In this document: positions 55,774 to 64,000 of the stretch, piece after piece
Layout of the letters: every line of letters starts with the position of its first letter
Numbering within the stretch: the first letter of the stretch is position 1
Assembly (NCBI GenBank): GCA_020137815.1
Contig: CM035355.1
Location: 4,278,001 to 4,342,000 of the forward strand
DNA from: Hormiphora californensis
Taxonomy: Eukaryota > Animalia > Ctenophora
Reading direction: 5' to 3'
DNA length: 64,000 nt
Notes under the pieces: generated by a model
Told to the model about the DNA's origin: nothing
What the model saw: only the letters and a program-made list of their open reading frames with translations
Database searches by the model: none
Translations under genes and position numbers: made by a program

Positions 55774-58155
55774 ATGTCGTCTAACCAAGTGGCAGACCTG
55801 GTTTTGCGGTTTGAAAATGCGGCATCTCAGATCCGGGGAATGGATGAGGGGAGAAGGAAGACACTCCGGCAGAGCGAGATATCGAGTATTATTGAGAAAC
55901 TGCCAAAAAAGGAAGGGAGAAGGAGACGGTTTTCAATTAGAAAATCTAACAATAATGTGATACCACCACCAGATATCAAGGGAAGGGAGAATTCTACCGG
56001 AAAAAGAGATGACGTAAAATCGTTTAGTGGGAAAGTAAAGTCGAATTTAAATCCTGTTATAACTCAAAATAAATGTGATGAAGCCAAGGGAAATCCTACA
56101 ACCGAGTTACCTAATTCACAAGATAAAATTCATCATTCAGCACTCCAGAATTCAGAGGAACCTTCATCTACAAGGACGAATGATGCAGCTGATAAACATC
56201 CAGTGTCCGGTAATAAGCATGATGTTAATCGTGACGTCACTGCTAAATCTGGAGTGGATACCAGCAGGGGTGTGAAGAGGGAGACGGGATTTATGAAGGA
56301 GCAGTCGGCCATTTCAAATGATTTTGTGAAGGAGCAGTCGGCCATTTCAAATGATTTTATGAAGGAGCAGCCTTCTCATTCAAATGATTTTATGAAGGAG
56401 CAGCGACCTCTTCCTAGTAGTGTTCCACCCCAGGTGATATCATGCTGTCTAATGGTGGCAGGGGGAATGGGGCGGGGACTACCATTACTAGACACTTTAT
56501 ACACTGTACACATGATACACGTCAGAATACTACCTGGTTTATCCTCATCTTTCACTGTGACGTCAATTAGTGTCTCCCAAAGAAATTTAGTGAGAGTTCA
56601 GAGAAAAGAGAGAAAGAGAGAGAGAGGGAATAGAGAGTGAAATAGAGAAAGTGAGGGAATAGAGAGAGAGTTCAAAGATTGTTCAGAGTGAGTGCGGTTA
56701 TTGAGACTCCCGTGTGTGTACCTCTTTACACAAGTCCATTACTCGTGATTGGTGCTTCTAATGTTGACTGAGAGAGGGAGAGAAATGGAAAGAATGAGAG
56801 AAAGAGAGAGCGAATAAAATTCCAAGTGGTCTACGTTTTACTAACTCAGTGATTGCACATGATCAATCGGAGATGAAACTTGCTCGCGAGTCGATGTTGA
56901 AGTGGTGTGCAAGCACTCTGCTGTCGGACCTCGATTTACCGGAACCCCGATTTACCGGGCAAAACTCTTTCCCACGAGTATCCCGGTAAATCGGGGTCCG
57001 AGTGTGATACTGGTGTAGAATTATTGTTCTCCATTGGGTCTGTCCACTACCAGCTGGTGTCACAAAGTTAATTGAGAGAGAGGAGAAATATGAGGAATAG
57101 AGAGAAGAAGGGAGACCGAGAGGGAGAAAAGAAGGGAGAGAGTTTATAAAATATGGAGGGAGAGAGGGAATAAGAAAATGGAGGGAGAGAGGGAATAAGA
57201 AAATGGAGGGAGAGAGGAGAATGGTTAAGAATATGGGAGAGCTATCCTTCTTGAGAGGGGAGAGTGATATTGAGAAGGGATGGAGTTACACATTAACTAG
57301 ATAAATTATCCCCACACACACTCTAGATATAGTTTCCTGTGGTTATTGAGCTATCATGTAGGGACCACAAACTCGTCCCCCACCAGCTCCCTCCCCAGCT
57401 CCCTCATACTCACTTATTTCTCACAAATCTTTCTCCCTAAATCATATCTATCACCCCTAACTAACATCCCCCTCCTTCTTCCCCTGCAGTCGTCTCTACT
57501 TCAACAGTGTTTGGTGGATGACAGTTCAACTCCATCAGTATCTACCATCCAGCGACTTACCAGTTTGACATTCGAGGGTCCACATATAAGTCGGGATGTG
57601 GCCGTGGCGTTCTTGGAGCGTCTCGAGAAACGATCATCGTCTCTTTCCAATAAGGTACCGGCCAACACAATATATGTGGTGCTAATTAGTGTTAGTAGTT
57701 GTGTTAATTAATTGTTTAATTAATTGAGTCTGATCCCCAGATTCTTCCAATCATTTCACATATGATTCGGTACGGTTCGATTTGCTTCAAATTGGAGATG
57801 CAGAATAAAATAAAGCGAATCCGGGTTCTTCGGGATACCTCTCTAGAGTGCCAGGGAACCACTGTTGCCAGCCTTTATAAGGTAAGGAATAAAGCCAGAG
57901 AGATTCAGTAAGAGATAGGGGTGAATCTTTCTCAAGTTTAGAGAGGGAGAGAGGCATTCAGTAAGATCGGTAAGGTAAGAAATAGGGGTCACACCAATAT
58001 TTTCGAGATAGGGGTCATGTCAATGACTTTCTCTAGTTGCCGGGAAAGAGATGTAGTAAAACCAATGTTTATGACTTTCACACACAGTTATAGTAGTCGG
58101 CTACGGAGCAATCAACGTGTGTTTGTTCAGGGTTTACGGTGAAAGTGAGCGCGTG

Positions 58156-58209
<54 letters not shown>

Positions 58210-61200
58210 TTGTGTGAATGTACATGAGGGCGTGTTTGTCTATGATTACGTGTACTGAAGCATTGGAGGAAGGATGAAAAACAAACATTTATACACATAT
58301 ATTATTTTTATCTCTCTCTCTCTCTCTCTCTCATCTCTCTCTCCTCTCTCTCTCTCTCTCTCCCATCCTCTCTCTCCCTCTCTTCTCTCTCATCTCCTCT
58401 CTCTCACGTTCCTCTCCTCGGTTCCATCTCCAGCCTCGTTAAGTCTTCCTTCTCTCTCTAGCTCTCCTCCGGTGAATAACTCTCCGCTCTCCGTCCTCCG
58501 TCGAGACTCTCTGCATCCCCCGTACTTCGGGCCCTGGACGCTCTCATCGGTCATCTCTCCTCTCTCCTCTCTCTTCCTCACCTCCTCTTCTCAACGCGCT
58601 CTCATCTCTCAATCATTATCTCGTCCTCAACATCGTCTCGCCTCCACAGTTTCCTCTCCCCCTCCCCCCCGTTCACTTCCGTCAATCATCACTCTTCCGT
58701 CTCTCGACCTTCTCTTCCCGTCAGCCTCATCTAGCTCAACTCTCTCGGACTTCCTCTCATCGACCTCTCAGCTCATCATCTTCCTCGTCTCCACCGTTGG
58801 CAATCTCATTCTCTCCGTCAGGTCGCCTGTCTTCACTCCTCATCGTCCATCATCTCATCCCCTCTCTCTCTTTTTTTTTTTTTATCGACCTTCCATTATG
58901 TTTCAAATCTCACTCATTAAGTATAGTAGTGGAACCACACAACTGAAACGCATATTATTTCGAGTTGTGATTGGTTCGAAAGCCCCCTAGCCCACCTGGG
59001 CAGAAATAACGATCTTTGACATCTGTCACCATCAACTAAACATGATCTCCCTTATTTATTTACCCCCCCTCTCCCATTAACCTTCCCGCATTTTCCCCTC
59101 TCAGGCCCACAATGTCAACAATCTCTCCTCACTCTCTCAATCACCTCTATCTAAACCTCTCTATTTTCACCGCTCCTATGCTCAAAATCTCCCTCTCAAT
59201 CCCCTCAAACGACGTTTCGGCGTTTCCTCTCTCTCGTTTCCTTTCTCTACCGCTCCTCTCCCGTCCTCTCCTCCCGAAGTCTCAGTCTCTCTCGCCTCAC
59301 TCATCTGTCTCCTTCTCATCAGATCTCTTACACTCTCTCTTTTCTCTCCTCTCATCGCTCTCCCCTCTCTCTGCAACTCTCTCTCGTCTCCCTCTCCAGG
59401 AGTCTCTCCTTTCCTCTCCCTCCTCTCTGTCGCTCTCCTCTCTCTCCCTCCTCTCTCTTCTCTCACTCTCTCTGGCTCTCTCGCATAAGATTTCTCTCTC
59501 TTTCTTCGCTCTCCTCTCTCTCTCGCCTCTCTCTCTCTTCTCATCAGATCCTCTTCCCTCATCCTCATCCTCCTACCTTCCTCTCTCCTCTCTCGTCGAC
59601 ATTCCCCCCCTCATCTTCTCTGATGTCTAATGGGACTACGTGAACTTGGCCCATCCTCTCCCTTTTTGAGCGTTCGGGGGAGCTCAACCCACACACACAC
59701 CCCCAAAATAACTTTTTGTCTTTGCTATTTCGTTGTCTCTTGATTGCTGAGCTCTCTGAGAACTCTGTGTTCGGTCTGAATATGGATCAGGCGGTAAGAT
59801 ATAATACACACGACATTCTTGTTGTAGCAACTCTTGTGAGTGTGCAAGTTACAATGCACCTACTAATTCTACTTACTTGATGGGAGAGAGGGGGAGAGTG
59901 AGAGAGAGAGAGATAGATAGATAGATAGAGATAGAGAGAGAGAGAGAGAAAAAATACATAGAGAGGGGGAGGGGAGAGAATAATAGAAAGGGGGAAGGCT
60001 TTTCCTTTTGTCCGGAGGCTACTAACTATTTAGTATTACTACTACCTCCCAACTAACCGGGGCTCTTCTCGTCTCTATCTCTCTTTCTCTCACCTCTCAT
60101 CTCTCTCTTTTCTCGCTTCCTTCTTTTTCTCTCTCTCTCCCTCGCTCTCTCTCAATCTCTCTCTCTCACTCTCTCTCCTCCTCTCCTACTCTCTCTCTCT
60201 CGCATCCTCATCTCGTTCATCTCAGTTCGTTTTCCTCTCCTTCAGTTCTTTTTCTCTATCATCTCTGTCTATCCTATTATTTTGCTGTATAAACATGAGC
60301 CAGACAAGCTAAATCCGGTTGCTTTGGATTGGTCTTGAAAAGCTCTGTTGATTCCAGGATTCCATGCCATATTCAGGCCCTACTGTGTATTATTTCTCAA
60401 TCCCGGCACATACAGAAAGACAAACTCTCCCTTTCTCTCCTCTTCCCTCAAGTGCTCTTCATCTCTCCTATTCCCGTCTCTTTCACTCTCCACATTCCCA
60501 ATACTAATATGACTGACATATTAATTCCGTGACACTCACACACACTAAAACGTAAAAAATACGACACCCTATCATATATATTTCAATGTCGCTACATTTA
60601 TGTTTTAAATTTATTTTACAATATTTGTACAGTGAGATAGGGTCGAGCAAGGCAATACATCAGTAGCTTACTGAACTGATTAACTAGCGTACCGAACGTA
60701 AACCCCGGGCATTGAAGAAAAAAATCCTTGTTCCGTCTGTTCTTACAAGGGGTTGTGACGGTTACAAATTTCGATTTATCTATTTTGTCACAACTGTTTT
60801 CCACCCAACATTGATTTCAGTTTTGAATTGAAATTATTTCCAGCCGATTTTCCAAGTCAACATCTAGGACTTGCCAAAACAAGACAGCATAAGACGTGTA
60901 ATTTCCCGCACGCTGCGAGAATTACAGTCATACTTGGTTCAGAGATAAGAGGGCAGTCTTTTGTGAGACAGCTCAAGACTGTTCCTGAATTGTTGCACCC
61001 CGGCACTACTCTACTGAATTCGTTGCTATGACAATGAGCAACAATCCTGGGTGGCCCAGTTCATAATAAACACTATCAATCTAGTGGACATTTAGAATGG
61101 GAGGGGGAGAGAGAGAAGGCTATCCTACCAGCCCGATGAAAACCACTAACACAAGAACCCACAGGAAAGAACCACCACAAAAACACCTCACCGTGCACGC

Positions 61201-62068
61201 CGACGTGACAGTGTGAAGTGTAGGCTCCGGTTCTCCCCTCGCTGCTCCTGGATCAATCACAAGATGTAGCATTAGATTGGTAAGGGCTCACCACACTGTA
61301 TGTATGTAACGCGCGGGTACTGGGAGGTAATGATGTTCGCGCGGGAACCTGGGTTCTGAGGGCATCAGGGGCGCGCGCGTGTGAGCCTGTAAATTGGAAG
61401 GTGCTGGGTAATTAATTTAGAGGGGGCTCACTCGTGTGTGGTTATTGGAATGTATGTGTTTCCGTGGAAAACACACTGTGAACAATGCAATTTATACTTC
61501 GTTAAATATTAATTAAAGGCTCCCCCAAATGAATGATATTAATTAAGAACCCCCCCCCCCCGAATAAAACGAACAATATTAGTTAAAAACCCCTCAAATT
61601 ATTATCATATAACCCTTTCCAGGAATTAGTGGAGCTGATTGAGAGCGAATACAAAGAGAGTCTGCTATGTAGTCACGAGAAATCCTTCTCAATGCACGGT
61701 ATGTCTGGGATCTCAATTTAGTTTGGAACACTTTCTCTGTAGACGTTTGTCTAATCTATTTCAATTCTCTAAGATTTTCTGAGTGAAAACTGAAAGTGAA
61801 GAAGGCCATGGGTCCGGTAAAAATATACACTACTTACTTTACTAGAAGATTTATATCAGATGTAGTATTTCAGTTTTATCAACTCCCCCTTTCCAGACAT
61901 ACCAGCGGGTCCGCCCATTATACGGACCAGGGGTTCCCCCTCATCCATCAAGACTCACCCCCGGGAAGAGCCAGTGGTGATACTACCTGAGTCAGGATAG
62001 TAGACAAGATTACCGACCCCAAAAAACCATGTGGGATCCCTTCCCCCCAATGGTCGAGATTTTTTTTA

Positions 62069-62105
<37 letters not shown>

Positions 62106-63112
62106 ACTTTGGTCGGCAGTACAAGCAACTTGATCAACAACTTATTAACAGGTTAGGGTTGTCATACTGATGTAACCATCACCTTCGGAGAGGGCAGTTA
62201 TTTGTGAGACAAGTTAGGGATATAATTGTACCTAAGATCAGAGCTGCTTAATTTTGGTCTGCATAACATCGCTTGAACTGGTTAATTCTCTACTAGCTGA
62301 TTAGGAATGCTAATAAGTTCATGTGTTATCTTGCCTGGCTAGACTGTGTTTCGGGCGCCACTTTACAAATGTAAAGGGAGGGTTAGAACATAACAAGTGT
62401 TGTCACGTTCCTAAGAGAATGCTAATGTATTTTACTTCTCTAGAGAGTTGGTACGGGTGTTCGACTCCAATGATTCACTCTCCCAACTAAGGGCTCTGTC
62501 TGTCCTGGAATACCTTGTACAACAGCACGAAGGTAATTTCTCTTGTTCTATCTCTCTCTCTTTCTCTCTCTCTTCATCCACTTCTCTCTCTCATCTCTCT
62601 CTCATCTCTTCTCTTCATCTCTCTCTCGTCTCCTCTCTACTCTCTCTCTCTCATCTCCTATCTCTCTCTTTCTCTCTCATCGTCTGCAGTCTTCACTCTC
62701 TACTCTCCGTCAGTCTCTCTTTCTCTCTCATTGTCTCTCATCTCTCCTCTTCCTCTCACTCTCTCTACTCATCTCGCGTCTCGCATCTCTACATCTCTCT
62801 CTCTCTCTCTATCTCTCTCTCTCGTCTTCTCTCGTCTCCTCTCTCTCCTCTCTCTCTCTCTCTCTCTTTTCCCCTCCTCTCTCTGTCTTTTTCTCTCTTT
62901 TCTTCTACCACGTAACACTCTTGGACAGGTGGATTACGGGAAACCTTCACGCCTTGTCTCCGCCGAATCGCAGAGTCGTCCAACAACGATTTAAACAAGA
63001 GAGCAGAGCGGATCCTTGGGAAACTATCAGAGCACCCAGCGACCAACACCCCAACTCCACAACCCAATCTACAATCTACACCACCTAACCGCCTAAACCG
63101 GCACATCATCCG
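55774..63112 (+). CDS. TEPSIN: TEPSIN/ENTHD2-like AP-4 accessory protein, 3' incomplete; exons ~55774-56433, 57490-57654, 57741-57881, 61623-61698, 61897-~62053, ~62445-62532, ~62929-63112
   Basis: ENTH-like LLQQCLVDDSSTP...LTF...FLERLEK..K/ILPIISHMIRYGSICFKLEMQ; second helical domain QLRALSVLEYL; phase-compatible splicing for the first four exons. Confidence 0.6.
56921..57004. mobile_element. Short Tc1/mariner-type MITE
   Basis: cggacctcgatttaccgg ... ccggtaaatcggggtccg inverted ends with an internal cgatttaccgg repeat. Confidence 0.65.
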
Positions 63113-63259
63113 GTTAGTAATATTGGGAGAGGTATCTTATATTGGGAGAAGTATCTGATAGTCAACATCTTAGATCATCTATTACGAGAGTGTGGGTTGT
63201 GAATAGTGGGGTGATCAAGAGCAGGGGTGGCGGAATAATGTTTGATTGTGGTTTGTGAA

Positions 63260-63716
63260 TTGGTAATGAAATTCCCCCTCTGTGCTAGCTCACGGAGGGT
63301 AATAAATATTCTCTTGTACGGCGGGAAAAAAATTCCTGTGTCAAACTACACAAACGAAAGTTCTAATTTTTTGAACATACCGAGGGAAATTGTCTGAGCT
63401 ACCATTACATACCGTAAATTTATCGATATTTATGGCCATTAACACTGTTTTTGTTTTGGAAAACTATGAAGATGCTGGAATTTGGCTACAAAAACCTTCA
63501 GAAATGTGCAACATGCCATTCCCAAGGTATTAGGTGGATTCATTGTATAACTAAGCTTATAGTCGAGTCAGAAAAATTCCCAGATTGAATTTTATGCCCA
63601 TATAAGGAGTTTCACACACCTCTGTTGTTTAAACATGTGGTGTAAATCGCTACCGGTCGTTACTTTTCTGTAGAATTCAGGTCCTGGGTTACTATACAAA
63701 CTAGTACCATACGTTT
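63260..63716 (-). mobile_element. Inverted copy of the 30351-30927 transposon (other end diverges or lies outside the window)
   Basis: Begins TTGGTAATGAAATT.CCCCT and is the reverse complement of ~30470-30927. Confidence 0.85.
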
Positions 63717-64000
63717 TGTTGGTATCGGCAAGACAACCGCACACGTCGTTTAGAGTATCAGAAGGGGCTTGTGGGCCCTTTTTTATAGGCGGCGCCCAAA
63801 GCGTTATCACTGAGCACCTGAAGGAAGTTGTAGTCTACACTACATAGTTCTAGCTCAGGGGTTTTAGCCGCGCACAGGGCGACACCGAGACCAAAAATTC
63901 TCGTTACTTTCGCTGTTTCTTTTGACAAACAAGTTTGCGATAGCGGCCAATAAGCTGGCGGTTTCAAACCTTCCGTCCGAATTCGGAGGGATGATTAGCA

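Noticed and set aside
58274-59630. Ser/Leu-rich ORFs (238, 172 aa), similar ORFs at 62448-63109, and the ER/SL-repeat ORFs elsewhere
   Set aside because: Translations of degenerate or noisy (CT)n/(AG)n microsatellites within introns

Overview
Eukaryotic (animal) genomic DNA with GT-AG introns, (CT)n/(AG)n microsatellites and many MITEs. The repeat content suggests a cydippid ctenophore such as Pleurobrachia/Hormiphora (inference from memory, not verified). From 7.8 to 35.0 kb, ten tightly packed genes all lie on the + strand: RPS11, COG5, TSEN34, an unknown ORF, RPS3A, MUL1, a second unknown ORF, BECN1, POLR2B and IRE1/ERN1. Most have a splice-acceptor motif just before the ATG, suggesting an operon resolved by SL trans-splicing. 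A convergent minus-strand run (TIPIN, MRPL11, a PEX5 3' fragment, WBP4) follows, then a NADAR/YbiA gene and a TEPSIN-like gene. A lesioned SOUL/heme-binding gene opens the window. The strongest novel signal is a ~132-nt element found as five full copies and one partial copy, always sense-oriented in introns of POLR2B and IRE1. It has a box H/ACA snoRNA fold, and its 5' pocket matches LSU rRNA helix 69. A second recurrent oddity is tandem 'echo' duplication of exon ends together with their splice sites. The assembly has homopolymer/indel noise, so apparent frameshifts and exon boundaries (placed by eye) need caution.
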